From contig CM059450.1 in assembly GCA_030390025.1 (NCBI GenBank), forward strand, positions 3,410,001-3,472,095: a stretch of 62,095 nucleotides of DNA, given 5' to 3'. The notes under the pieces are model-generated. The model was given only the letters and a program-made list of their open reading frames with translations, searched no databases and was not told the origin of the DNA. This DNA comes from Squalus acanthias. Lineage: Eukaryota. A program made the position numbers and the translations under genes. Numbering within the stretch: the first letter of the stretch is position 1; every line of letters begins with the position of its first letter. Shown piece by piece: positions 37,826 to 51,500 of this stretch.

Positions 37826-38406
37826 GTCGCAGTCCAGCCCACTTCAGCAGGTTGAGCTCCTCCTTAATTAGTACTGACTGCTATAATTTTATTTCAAACT
37901 GATTTCTTGTAGCAGGTTTCTAATTTCAGGAACTAAGCACGAAAGACTTGCATTTATTTATATTGCTTTTCTCAGAAACATCTCAAAGCACTTTGCATGC
38001 AATGAGTTACATTGAAGTGCAGTGACTGTTTTTATGCAGATTAACACCGCAGTCATTTTCCACACAACAAGGTTCCGCAAACAGTAATGAAATGTATGAG
38101 CGGCTACTTTAGTTTTGATGGCGCTGGTATAAAGTGAAGAATATTTGACAGGACACTTGGGGGTACTCGCTGCTCCTCCTTGAATAGTGCAATCGGATCC
38201 TCAACATGAACCTTGAACCACCAGAGCAGGCAGATGGGATATCAGGCAACGCTCCCTCAGTACTGCACTGGAGTGTCAGCCTAAGTGAAGGTCATTGTGA
38301 GAGATATGGTGGTGTCACCTTGTCTCCCAAGTATAAGATAACAAAGTTAACTGATGAATTTCTTTGATACATTTCCTTCCCCCCCCGCCCTTTGTTTTGG
38401 TTTCAG

Positions 38407-38553
38407 AGTTCCGCCCTGGGGAACCATGGAAGGGTTTCCAAAACATTGACCCCGAATCAGACCCATATGCGACCCCAGCGAGCATGATAAACAGCTCCGC
38501 AGCACCCCCATCCCCGGACTCGGAACACCAACTTCTCAGGGACAGGAGCACAG
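38407..38553 (+). CDS. TNRC6B: TNRC6B PAM2 exon ([24 protein letters not shown]...)
   Basis: tttcag acceptor, G|gtatgt donor, 147 nt; the spliced [13 protein letters not shown] is the GW182 PAM2 (PABP-binding) motif. Confidence 0.97.
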
Positions 38554-39907
38554 GTATGTGGCCATGACACGCTATCTTCCATTTTGTGTGCTTTTGATTT
38601 TGCTTTATGTTAATGCCCAAAGACCAAATGCTGTGCTTTGGGATCCAGCCGGAGGCTCCTCAATAGGAGCACCTCGCATAACAATCATTCCTATTTGGAA
38701 TATTTTACCGAATCTCTGCTGAGCCAATTGCCCCTCAAATGAAAGCACTTTCTACCAAAACCAGGGTAAAATTTCAGGTTTTCTATACCGGGCAGTCAGA
38801 CAGCACAACTTGTGGGCAGCTCCATCCAGAAAAAGAGAGGGACAATCCGCGTCTTGCATGGTACAACTCGCTCTCCGTGCCAGTGGCAGATCTGGATTAG
38901 TGACAGTTCAGGAGCAGTGCTCCAGCTAATACTGAGCTTAAGCTGAGGGTGGCAATGATGTGCCTCTTGCTAAAATCACAAGGGCCTGAATGTTCCCGTT
39001 TACATAACATAAGGAATAGGAGCAGGAGCCTGCTCCGCCATTCAATAAGATCATGGCTGATCTTGGGCTGAAAGCCACTTCCCTTCCCCATTACTGTTCA
39101 GAATAACTCCTACTCCTAGGAGGACTGCAGCAAATTACAGCAATAGTGCTGTGTTAGAAGTTTTATTAACTTCTTGCACTCTGTGAAACCAGTACTGTCA
39201 TCAACTGCCTTTGGTTTTTTTCCCCTCTGCATTCTTGTCACATTTGTAGGTAGAAATTTTACTTGGCAATTTCTCGGACTTGAGCGTGTAAACTGGGAAG
39301 TTTCTGTATTTAATTAAGTCGTTGCGGTAATCGGGTAGTAATAATAGGCCCCGTCTATGCTGGAGCAGGGAACTGAGAAAAGCCGACCAGTTGAAAGACT
39401 CGTCCTGTAGCTACCTCCTGTCCTCCTTTCTCGGGCCCAATGCTGCAAGTTGCTCTCATTTGAAAAGCTGTCATGGTTCCTGCGTAAAATACGTAAAGCG
39501 TAATGGTGGGTTTGTGAAATTTCCATACTCTCTCCACTTCAACTGTGATGAACACCCAACATTAAAATGATAGATTACACGAGGGCGCAGTCCCGGCCAT
39601 TACAGGCCTGCCTGTTTGTCACTGGTAGTAGTGAGAAGTCGCACAACACCAGGTTATAGTCCAACAGTTTTATTTGAAATCACAAGCTTTCGGAGCGGCT
39701 GCTCCTTCGTCAGGTGAAGTGAAGGAATACAAATCGGCAAAGCATATATAGACAGAGAACAATGTCTGCAATACTGGCAGTAGTAGTATTGGAGCAAGGG
39801 ACCAATGCAGAGCATCTCACATATATTGTGCATTCTTGGTGTGAATTCTCCCTCTTGTTCGGCTGTGAGTTAAGTCTGATCTCTGGCTCTGTCTTGTTTG
39901 CTCACAG

Positions 39908-40003
39908 GGTCCAGTTCCTCCCTGAACACCTCGCTGCCTTCACCCGGTGCCTGGTCCTATAGTGCCTCAAACAGCTCCTACAGCACCGTACAGAGCACTT
40001 CAG
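39908..40003 (+). CDS. TNRC6B: TNRC6B coding exon ([31 protein letters not shown])
   Basis: tcacag acceptor, G|gtaggg donor, 96 nt. Confidence 0.95.
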
Positions 40004-40873
40004 GTAGGGGCGATGCATTGAACCCTCCATTGCCTGTGTTCCCAGGGCTTGTGATTCTGTATTAACTGTGGTAGGGACTGCACTAAATGACTTGTTTGAT
40101 CCACATAATATGCCATGTGAAATTTACTGCAGATTGTTTTATTGTCATAAACCAGCCGTAATTAAACAACAACTTGCATTTATATAGCGTCATTAACGTA
40201 GCAAAACGTCCCAAGGCGCTTCACAAGAGCATTATCAATAAAAAAAAAAATTAAGCCGGTTAAACTGCCCGGAATGCAAGGTGGTCTCTGCCATAAATGT
40301 GGGCAAGCAGTACGAGACCAACTCGAGTAAATAGTATCTCCCGATTCAGCTACACAAAGCTATATTAATTTTGATGCCCATCCTTGCCCCTCCCATTTGC
40401 TTCCTTCCCCCTCGCGCCCCCCCCCCCCCCCCCCCCCTCTTGGTCCAGTTCAGTTATTCTTTGCCCTTCGACCCTGCCTGGATCTAATACCGTGCTTGGT
40501 CTTCACTCCCTGTCACGGGAGATCTGCTAATATATAATTTTGTTGCTCTGACATCGCCATCTACGGGCCTCGACTGTGGGACTGCCTATTTAAATAAGTC
40601 ATTGGAACTGATTCGCCCATTCATTTACTGTGGTAACATTTGTGCTTAAAGATTTCTATCATCCACTTTCCAGAAAAAAGTAATTTAGAGAATGTTTAAA
40701 GATGCTCAAATCAGATTTGTTGTTTTAAACTTGTACCCGAGCCCTTAGTTAGAATGTTTTGAGCATATTGTGGCTTTTTCTGGCACTCTTGTTTCGAGAT
40801 TCCCTCCTCGCCCAGTCACGTGGTTTTTTTTTTAAATGCATTAACTGGGTCCTGGACCGTGTTGTTCTTCCAG

Positions 40874-41083
40874 CCAAGTTCAGTGACTTCAAGTCGACGT
40901 GGTCTCCAGATCCGATCGGACATCCCAGGATGTGGAAGAATCAGATGTCATCTAAAAACACTAACCCGCCAACCCGGCCGCCACCAGGACTGACCAATCA
41001 GAAGCCTCCATCATCTCCGTGGGGCAGCGGAGCCCCCCGATTCAGCAGAGGATGGGGCGTACAGGAGTCACGATATGCCCTGA
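40874..41083 (+). CDS. TNRC6B: TNRC6B coding exon ([16 protein letters not shown]...[10 protein letters not shown]...ESRYAL)
   Basis: ttccag acceptor, A|gtgcgt donor, 210 nt; contains the PPGL motif. Confidence 0.95.
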
Positions 41084-41379
41084 GTGCGTAGTTTGCTGTC
41101 ACTCTTGTCTCTTTCTCTCATTCTATTATTTCTATCTATTTTACTTGAAAGTTTATATCTGCCTGATCCAATTGAAAACTATTTTATATTATAAAATCCA
41201 GTCATCTTGCCATTACACTAATGTTTTTGGTGTGTTTGTATACACAATAAGGGGAAATACTAGGCCTCAAGCTAGTGGACTGTTCTTATCCTATTCCCAT
41301 CCCATTTAAAAAAAAAAAAAAAAAAAATTTTTTTAATTCTCCTTTTTAGCTACTTTATGCTATCTAACAGTTTTAGTTT

Positions 41380-41760
41380 GGCCCCAGTGGCTGCACACTC
41401 GCCTGAGAGTCACAACGATGACTTGAGCACATAATCTAGGCTGAGGCTTTAGTGCAGTACTGAGTGAGTGCTGCATTGCCAGAGGTGCCATCTTTCGGGG
41501 ATCGGGCATCAAACCGAGGTGTTAAACCCTCAGTTAGACGTAAAAGATGGCAAAACAGCAGAGGTGTCCTCAATCAGCACCTCCAAAAACAGATTTACTG
41601 GGCATTTCGATCTCGTTGCTGTTTGTGGGACCTTGCTGTGCTCAAATTGGCTGCTGCATTTCCCTACGTAACAGCAGTGACTGCACCTCAGAAGTAATGA
41701 ATTGGCTGGAAAGCACTTTGGGACGTCCTGAGGATGCGAAAATGCTAAATAAAAGTTTTT
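41380..41760 (+). mobile_element. Degenerate DeuSINE copy
   Basis: Similar to 57541-58010. Confidence 0.7.
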
Positions 41761-41996
41761 TCCCCCAAGCTTGGCATTAACTAATCACAATGTCCTCTGG
41801 CACTCTTCAACCTTGGTAGTGCCTTTCAGTGTGGGCTGTGGCTCTCGGTGTTAAAGAAACCGCTGACCGCTCCCACCAATCAGTCCCCAGTGCGTCGAGT
41901 GGGTCGTGCTTTCAATCGCAGGAGGAAAATAGCCTTTTTAAAAAATATATATACATACTATATATACATATACCTCATCTCCTCGCTTCTCTCTAG

Positions 41997-42076
41997 GTTC
42001 CAACTGGAGTGATGGCAGTTCGGGTGCATCTGCTCGGGTCAGCTCCTGGCTTGTTCTTCATAATCTCACTCCACAG
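41997..42076 (+). CDS. TNRC6B: TNRC6B coding exon, start of RRM (SNWSDG...SWLVLHNLTPQ)
   Basis: ctctag acceptor, CAG|gtacag donor, 80 nt, phase 1-0. Confidence 0.96.
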
Positions 42077-42404
42077 GTACAGAAATTCTGTAGAATGGTC
42101 AATGATCAGAGGTGTATCACAGAGGTACTTGAGGTTCCTGATGGGTTTGCGCCAGGATTTTGGTAAAGTGTAATGGTTAGCGTCACCTGGCATTGCATAC
42201 GAGTTCCCTGGCATCCACCAGCCTTGGGGCGTAAGCACATACGTTTTCCTTTTAAAGGGAAATCTCTCTCTCGCCTACTTATAAACCCTCTCTTTATCTC
42301 TGGTAAGTAAATGCAAGTTTGTAGGGAGCGCAGACGTGTAGAACTGTAGCTCGCATCCTAAACAAAGTGTAGGGAAAGAGACACAATAGAAATTTAGGAC
42401 AGGA

Positions 42405-43037
42405 AGGAGAGAGCTGGAGGCAGTGGGGAGAGAGAGCTGGGGGGGAAGAGAGAGCTGGAGGCAGTGAGAGAGAGAGAGAGAGAGCGCGGGACGGAGAGAG
42501 AGCTGGAGGCAGTGTGAGAGCGGGACAGAGAGAGAGCTGGAGGCAGTGTGAGAGAGTGGGACGGAGAGAGAGCTGGAGGCAGTGAGAGAGAGAGAGCGGG
42601 ACGGAGAGAGCTGGAGGCAGTGAGAGAGAGAGCGGGACGGAGAGAGCTGGAGGCAGTGTGAGAGAGAGCGGGACGGAGAGGGAGCTGGAGGCAGTGTGAG
42701 AGAGCGGGACGGAGAGAGAGCTGGAGGCAGTGAGAGCGGGACGGAGAGAGAGCTGGAGGCAGTGAGAGAGCGGGACGGAGAGAGAGCTGGAGGCAGTGTG
42801 AGAGCGGGACGGAGAGAGAGCTGGAGGCAGTGTGAGAGCGGGACGGAGAGAGAGCTGGAGGCAGTGTGAAATAGAGAGCGGGACGGAGAGAGAGCTGGAG
42901 GCAGTGGGGAGAGAGCTGGAGGCAGTGGGGAGAGAGCTGGAGGCAGTGGGGAGAGAGCTGGAGGCAGTGGGGAGAGAGCTGGAGGCAGTGGGGAGAGAGC
43001 TGGAGGCAGGGAGAGAGAGAGCGGGACGGAGAGAGCG
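42405..43037. repeat. GA-rich compound minisatellite (GAGAGAGCTGGAGGCAGTG with GGGA or GAGAGCGGGACG spacers)
   Basis: About 20 copies of GCTGGAGGCAG with variable GA spacers; strongly purine-skewed. Confidence 0.95.
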
Positions 43038-43961
43038 AAAGGCAGATTGTGAAAGGAGGGGAAAAATTGCAGGATTCTCAGAGGACAGTGAGTTGCAGAG
43101 CACGAAGCTGGAAACCTTTGTAGTGTATTGGTGGCACCAAAACACGCGAATGTGTTTGACAGCGATGGTTTGGATATCACTTGTACTGATAATAAACAAA
43201 ACAATCACATTGTGAGATTAAAAACAAAACTGCCAGTGCCAACAATCTGAATTAAATCCAGAAATACACAGCAAACCTGTCGACATCTGAACAGCAAAAG
43301 ATTAATATTTGAGTTCGAGACCCATCATGTACCCTCGTAACCCTTCTGTCACCAATTGCTTTTATGAAACAATAGATACGTGGGGCAGATGTGTTTCTTT
43401 TACTGATGTGCTGAAAGGGGTGGATGATAAAGCCAGGTTGTAAAGCAGAAAGATTTTATTGATAAAGGACTGGCTTTACTCAGGGCCAGTTAGAAGCTTT
43501 GCTAGTTGTTGGCTGATGTCATTGCTCCTAGATATGCGTCTCAGCGATTGAACGTTTTGTAGCTCTTTTGATGGATGAATTGGTAAATGTCCTGCACAGT
43601 GTGGCACTGAGCCACGTAAAGCAGGTTCCGGCCCTGGCCTGCGCACCGCAACCGGATCGCAGCTTGGCTGGCATTTGATGCACATCAGTTGGCCCAGCGG
43701 CCATGGCTGGAGAGGATGGTAGAGTGAGCGTGGCGGGGGGGGGGGGGTCGCGGATCAAGCTTTGCAGTGATGCCCCTGCAGTGGAATAACCTGCGACACT
43801 CACTGTGGGCTCACGCTTTAAGAGTTGTCGCTTGGACGAGTGACTGGAGGGCGCTGTACCCCAGCCAGAGTCCGCAACTTCAAAAGAGGAGAGGTGGAAG
43901 CGGAAGCAAGTTGTGTTTATTTTAATTAAAACGTTGAAAGTTAAACATTGCTTCCTTTCAG

Positions 43962-44101
43962 ATCGACGGCTCCACTCTGCGAACAATCTGCATGCAGCAT
44001 GGCCCGCTGATAACATTCCACCTGAACCTAACACACGGCACCGCACTGGTCCGATACAGCACCAAGCAAGAGGCTGCCAAGGCCCAGACTGCGCTGCACA
44101 T
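43962..44101 (+). CDS. TNRC6B: TNRC6B RRM exon ([46 protein letters not shown])
   Basis: tttcag acceptor, AT|gtaagt donor, 140 nt, phase 0-2. Confidence 0.98.
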
Positions 44102-45130
44102 GTAAGTCCCTGGCTTTGATACGATAGATTATTCCTCACCCTGCTCCCTCCATTCGTGGGACCCCAGCCACCAGACACTGTTCTCTAGTCGGGAACATGG
44201 GACAATCTAATCACTAACTGCTGACAGCAGGCCTCCTTTCAATATTGCATCTGTTTAGAATTTTGATGATAAAGGAGAATGTATCCAGGAACACTTTCAT
44301 TTTTACTCAAAATTGGCAGAACTGCAGGTGAACTTGTTTCACCTGAAACGAGAGAACAATTCTTTGTGTCAGAGCTTAAAAGCTACCACTACTGGGAATC
44401 TCAAATGAAAGGAGAAAATGCTGGAAATCCACAACAGATCAGCCAGTGTCTGAAAGAGAAAAGACAGGTTAAAATGGTGGTTGGGTGTGTTTCATCAGAG
44501 TCTGAAACATTGGCCTGTCTGTTTTCTTTCAGATGCTGACAGACCTGCTGTGTACTTCCAGCATGTTCCCTTTTGATTCCGGATTTCCAGCAATTTTCAG
44601 TATTTCTCTACTCCCAACAGACTGGTTGTTTTTTTTTCTGCTTTGGGCAGCACTGATCCATTGGAGTCAGATGTCCTTGGGTGGGGGTGGATGGGGGAGA
44701 TGCAGCATCGGTTAGACCTCGTAAAGCTCTTGACATGGTCTCCAGCTGAACCACTGGCAGCAGTGGACGTTCCTTTGTTATGGGGCCGAACCTTGCTCCC
44801 TCTCGGCTTGAGACTACCAAATCCCAGCTGCTTGTGAAGGTGCACTCGGCTCCTGGGGTTTTTGCGTCCACAAGATTGATGCCGACTGAATTAGTAATCC
44901 CATTTTCAGGGGAGGAGGCGAGAAAATTATTGGGGAAAAGAAGAGGGCAGAGTAAAAGAAAATGCTGGAAGTGCAGCAGTTAACCAGCATCTGAAATGGG
45001 TTTTAATGCTGAACCTTTTCCAGCATTTTCTGGGGGGTTTTTTTCTTGCCCTATTCCCTTCCCTTCCAAATAAAACCTCTACACGCCAAGGGTAATTCTG
45101 TCCCTGATTTATTTCTTTATTTTTTTGTAG

Positions 45131-45500
45131 GTGTGTGTTGGGGAACACTACCATCCTTGCTGAGTTTGTCAGTGAAGAGGAAGTCAACCGCTATTTTGCA
45201 CAAGGTCAGTTATCAACACCATCCCCAGGCTGGCAGCCGCTGGAGACGGGACAGAACCAGATGGATCCAGTCGGGAGCAGCCTGCACTCGTTCGGCGGGC
45301 GGTCTGGCCTGGGACAGTGGAACAGTGCCGGAGGAGTGGGCAGGGGCGGCGCTAACCTGGCGGGAGCCTCGCTTTGGGCCACCCCGAGCTACACGGCAAG
45401 CTTGTGGGGGGCCCCGAATTCCGACGATTCGCACCGAATGGGCAGCCCGGCCCCCCTACTACCTGGCGACCTCCTGGGCGGAGGGGCTGATTCAATTTGA
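45131..45500 (+). CDS. TNRC6B: TNRC6B last coding exon ([12 protein letters not shown]...[20 protein letters not shown]-stop)
   Basis: ttgtag acceptor; TGA at 45498-45500. Confidence 0.98.
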
Positions 45501-48500
45501 ACTTTTAAGCTTTCAACCTTTGACCTGTGACCTCGTGAACTTTTTTGAACAGCAGCACTAATGTGTTTTTTTTCAAACTGCAATAAGTTTCAAGACAAGT
45601 TTAAAAAAAAAAGGAGAAAAAAAAGAAAAAAGTGAAACAAATTAAGGGGGTCATCCACAGTCTCTCTTGTGCACATAGACACCTCCCTCCTAATTTTCGG
45701 CTACTTTTTTTAATCAAAAAAAACAAAAAACAAAAAAAACAACAAAAAAAAAACATATCACACTTCGAAATACTTGAATCATGAACGCCAACATTAAAAA
45801 TGTGAAGTACACTTTACCATCAAAAAATAAATACGTTTTTTTTTAAACTAGTATAGTTTTTCCTTACACGATTTTTTTTCCCCCCTTCGTATTGAGAAGT
45901 TGTTGCAACAGGACATTTACTGAAAACACAAAAACAGGCTTTTTTTTAAAAAAACATTATTTTTTTTGCACTGGGCACGTTTCCGTCCTCTGACCTGCAA
46001 TAGCGGAGACGCGACAGAACCTCACATATTAAAGCTTAGTGATTGACCAGGACAGATACTGAGCCTAGCAGTTACTTATTAGATGTCCCAGTTGCAGTGT
46101 ATTATGATGCACCAGTACCAGCCCTGTACCCATACAAATACCACACGCACCAACCCCTTCACTGGGGCTTGGGACATTGCACCTATCCATGTTAGGCTTG
46201 CGTCATGTGTGGGGTGGCGGGGGACTTAGCACAAGATTCTCACACTGCTCCCCTAACAGGTAAAGGCACTACCATGGGCACTACTAAATCACACAGACCA
46301 GAGGGTTTCGGGTTCGATTTCTGGTCTGTGCTGAATTAGTTTATCTCGACCGCAGAGGCAGCAGTGGTGGAGGGGCTACTATTGCTCTCAATGCGCCGCC
46401 CCCCCCCCCCCCCCCCAAAGCTTGGGGACGGGAGAGAAAATCATCCGTGGTTCCCATTTGTGATCTCTGTCCAACAACCCTTGTTGGAAAATTTGCATGT
46501 TGGGTGGGGGGCAGGGTTGGGCTCGGCTGCGATGCCCTTTGTGGTTGAATATTCTGCCAGCAATCATTGTCCAGGGTCAGGGACGAATGACGGCTGCTTG
46601 GACGAGACACCAAAGGGCTGTTAGAACAACTAACTGCGAGACTGAGCATCTTAAGGAGCGCAGGAAAACAATAGCTTCTCAACAGCATTAAGTCCATCTC
46701 CTGATAGATGATTGGAGAGTGGTATTTGCATCAGAGGTGCCTCTCTCTTGGTTTACTAAGGCTTTGGACTGAACTTGGGTTATCGCTCCCTGAACATTTG
46801 CAGCCTTTAATCCAAGGAGATGCTATTCTACTCTACTATTTCCTCTCATTGCCTCCCTCATCCAACCAAAAGTTGTCTTAACTAATTTCAGTTGATAATT
46901 AAGATGCTCCCAGCCCTTCACTACAACGCTGCTTATTTTATGCTCGATTTAAGGTCTGGTTACTGTATTTTTTTCTGTTGTAAATTTTAACACATCCAGT
47001 GATAGCGCAGCACAATCTCGAGCACCCCTAAAACATGCGTTGATGAAGATATTACCACGCTACTTTATAGTGCCATCTCATCAACGTATCGCTGCCGCTA
47101 ACTGGTCTTGTGCTCTCGATAGTTTATCACGCGCTACTGTTTAGCATCGCAATAGTCTTTTTTTTCTCTCTCAAGTGGGCAACGTGCTGCCCTCTGAAAC
47201 TGCTACACTCAAATGACATAAGCACTTAAAAACAACGTATGTTAGAAAACTTAGTGTAGAGGTTTTTCAAGTTAAATTTACGTGTTGCACTCAGTCTCCG
47301 TGTTGGTGGGGGTGGGGGGGGGGCTTTCATTGTGTACTGTAACCAGCTTCATCATTTTGTAAACTGGGGGGCGGGGGGGTTCACGGCGGGTCAGTCATTT
47401 CCCCCGCCCCCCTCCCCCTTGAGGTATTCAAAACACTTAGCTAATTCAATGAAGGTGTTGCCGTAATTTAATAAAAATAACTCCTTTGAATATAGTCCTC
47501 CCTCCTTTTTGTATATGTTTTTTTTTAAATCTTTGAGCAGAAATGTAGCTATCCAATCGGCTTAGCTGGCTTGAGCCTTCCTACGTTCACCTGTACTGCC
47601 TGTAAATTGACACTTTCACCAAATGGCTTGTAGCCGCTCACAAACCCTCACTGACACAAGTCTGCGAAACTGGTTTACCGCCAGCTGTTTACATCCCACA
47701 GTCTCCGGCATCTCCACTCTTAACAAGAGCTTCTCTGTCACTGCGCAGAGATTTTGGAACAGGACTGAGCTCTGGGAACGACCCCGCTTACAGCTATAAT
47801 AACCCTTGCTGCATGTAGCTCACTTTTTATTTCTCCTTTTCCCCAAAACCACGCAGGTTATTTCTGTGAAATTACGGTCCATCTGTAATCGCAAGCCAAT
47901 CTGTGGCCATTCTGTGTACTTGCTGACCTAAAGTATGCAACCATACTTGCTGTAAACCTAGCCTAAGGTTATACGAGACTGTGTAGGAATAGCTTTAGCA
48001 TGTATTTTTGTTTACACCATACGCAAGAACCTGTCTGCATGTGTGTGCGGAGCCATGATACACATGGCATAAAGGGGTCATGTCCAGGACTCTAACAGAC
48101 CTCGCGTGACCGCAACATCGAACAAAAAAAAGTCCAATTTAAAATGTAAAGCGAAGATACTGAAAGTGTATTTCTTTAAAATGTTAAGTCAGGCGCATAT
48201 TATGAACGGGTATGTGTGTCTGTCTCCTGTGAAGTATTCCATTATCACTGACCTTGCCCACTGGTGACCTTGCTGCTTGTGTGGGGTCACGCTGAAATCC
48301 AATCACTCAATCAATTGAATTGTGCGTAGAGTAGCGCTGGAGACTGGCACACATCCTTTATACACGCACGCACCTACGCAAACACACAGACACACAGTCA
48401 GGCAATGCACACCTCAATGGGTAGCAGACTGCTTCACAGTCCTGCTGCTGCACAGGCTGGTACTGGGTCCCAATTAATGGTAGATAAATGCCGAACACAG

Positions 48501-51500
48501 AGAGGAGGAACAGTACCTTTGTTCACTGGTCGATCACTATATAAAAAGATATAAACGTTTACGTACGAATGTTCTTCAGATTAAAAAACGTGTGCTTTCC
48601 TTTTATTCCCCCCTCCCCCTCCCTTTCATGTTTTAAACCCGCTTGGGTGAAACCTAGTGAGAAAAGCATTGACCTGTTTAGGAAACTATATAAAAAGAAA
48701 ATTGTTGTTAATGTTGTTCTAAGTATTGCACCTTTTTCTGTTTTAATTTTTTTTTAAATTGTCCTCATTGTGTTTTGCTGTAGTGTTGAATTTTTCTTAT
48801 ACACAGAAAGTTAAAGCGTGTAGTATGGGTACGGTGGAGGGAGGGGGCATGGGAATGGGCAGCGAGCAATGATGTACAGTGGGAGGAAAGGGAAGGAAAT
48901 TTGGCGTCTGTCTGTCTTAAGTCTTCACCTGCTGAAGACCTTGGGTTTGGAGCCACACCAGTGTCACGTCTGTGAAGTGACCAAAAGTGGCTGTAATTAC
49001 AAGTTGCTGCTTTAATTGTATTCAGTTAGCCAACGTGTAGAAACCCCCGCGCACGCCTTTCCCCTTCCCATCCAGACGTACGGTCACTTTGCATTTACCA
49101 TGCCCTCTCGCCCACCCCACACCCCCTCCTCCCCTGTCTCGCTCACACACATACAGACACGTGCACACCCACCCATACACGCCTCACTCCTGCGTGTGCT
49201 TGATCATCTTCCAGCACTTTGTGGAGTTATATTAATCCTGAACATTAGGGAGGTGCCCAGGTGTTTGGCCTTGTCCTGTTTACATAACCTTTAGGGCTGT
49301 GTCGAATTATTATTGAATATAATATTTTGAAGAACCTTGTGGTTTTTTTTTTAAAAACAAAGTTGACCAGTCCCGATTGAACAGACTGGTGACAATTGAG
49401 TCTGGTGGAGCAGGGATACCGTAATGAACTGTTAAGCGCTGTATCTGATCCAGCTGCCCGGACCCTGTCCGACAGGTGGACATCATAACGATAGTCGCCA
49501 AAAGCTGCCAAGTATTTTTACTCCGCTTCATTGACCGAGGCAGCGTTTATATCGACTTATCCAAAACGAGGCGGATTGGGGAGGGAAGCTGCTCATTCTC
49601 CATCGCACTTGGCTCACGTTTTGCTTTGAGAGGGTAGTGCTCGGAGTGATTCGAATGAACTGTTCCGATAATCGATTTTTAAATATTTGATTCCAAATAT
49701 TGCCGGCACAGTCCTAGAAATTCTTTTTCCAAGGTGTAGAAAAGTCTGAAATCAAAAAAAAAAAAGTTGAACCGTTCTTCCATCGAAACAGGATAAAAAG
49801 ACCAAAAATATATCTTTCGTATTTTTAGATGAGGAGTAACTCTGGGAGCATTTGACGGTGTTTTGTTTCTAGTTTAGTTTGCATTTACTTTATGTTTTGC
49901 TTCTATTATGACCTTTTTTTCTCCTAAAATTTAAAGAAAGTTCTCAGGAATTTTTAGGGGAAAAGCCAGTTCCCGAAATGTTTTTTTTAAATAAAAAAAA
50001 AAGAGGGAATAAAAAGCTAATGTCTGACTTTGATGAGATTTAGATTTTTCAGTCTGTTTGCTGCACCAGTTCCAATCCTGTCTAATAACTAGAAATCTAC
50101 TTAAATGGTAATACCTCATTGCAGTCCTGTTAGAATATTTGGGTCACAAACGATATGCATCCACAAAACTTTAATGCCACATTCAGTTTAACCTGGCAAA
50201 AGCAATTCCTGTCGTCCTGGAGCAGCCGGGGTGGGGGGGAAATGGGGGGCGGTTGTGGTTGACCCAGTGGGACATTAAGCTTCCTACCAAGCCTTTCCTA
50301 ACGTTGCAAAAGACCCTTTGCTAACCGGGGCAACTTTGTCAAAACACACAGGTCTCTCTGCTCGAGTGCAAGCGACCACTTGAGGCTGCCTTGCATTGAA
50401 ATTGCGGTCTTGCTTGAATCTTTCAGGCAAGCCGATTACGAATCCACTGTGGATTTGGGACCAGTCAGCCCGGGACAAGGGCGTTCAATGTTCCGTAGAT
50501 TCATTGTGAATCCCACCCTGACTGGTCCATGCTGTCATTCTGTGAGGAAACTGGCTAAAAAGTTTTTATTTCCAGGCAGAGAAAAAAAAAAGTATTGTTT
50601 AATGAAAGTAAGCAAGACGATTCTAAAATAAGCACAATTTATTTTTCCCCCTCTCTACCCCATTCCCCTCACCAGTCTGACTTGTTCCAACCTGACAAAG
50701 CCATTTCTTGTGATATTCGGAGGGTCTGCTTGAAAGAAATGCGAGTACTTGTTCAAACCGTTCAGCCGCAGCACTCCACGCCTGCAGTGTTTCAGAAAGG
50801 TGGTGGGGTGGGGCGATTTCTGTCGGCTTGTGGACCTCGAGCTCTGCTATACTGTCGCTGCCACTTCATTTAGCGGCACCAAGGCACGCCGATTAAAACG
50901 GGCCCCTTTGGCAGCTGAGCGCTGGGATCTTCCTTTTCATGCAGTCGGCAGCCCGCGAGTCTTCTCCCTTTTCACTTCGGTAGGCCGAAAAATCTTGGGC
51001 TGGCAGGCGCAGGAGCGGAAACCAAGCCGGCATCGGTCTCCAGGATCACGCACCCCCCCTGCCCCCTTCATTATGGGAATTTAAAACATATATAGAGATA
51101 TAGTGTGCAGTAATTCTGTTGCTTAGTGACACCCTGTAGAGTAACAATTATTCAGGATATCACCTTACTTTCACAGAAGTGTCCAGGAGGTTCCCCCTCA
51201 GTAATTTGAAGCTTCTGTTGCAATGATTTTTCCCCCCTTTTTTAAAAAAAAACCCCCCCTGAATAAATCACTTTTTGTAATGTCATTATAAATGATAAAT
51301 AACTGGTGTAAAGGTCATCTCAAGGGGAGAGTTTCTGACTGAGTGTGGGGCTCCTTGACATTAACTGGTGTGGAAGGTTAAGAATCGTGCAGGAAGGTCG
51401 CCTTGAATGAGCGCAAGATCACTCTCGCAGAGTTTACCAACTTCTGGGTGCGTGAGCCCTGCTGCTAACCACAGTGTTCTTGCAGATGTGTGTGCACAGC

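Noticed and set aside
42275-43208. ~300-aa minus-strand ORFs rich in LPPALSP / TASSSLS
   Set aside because: Stop-free translations of the GA-rich minisatellite; no splice or homology support.
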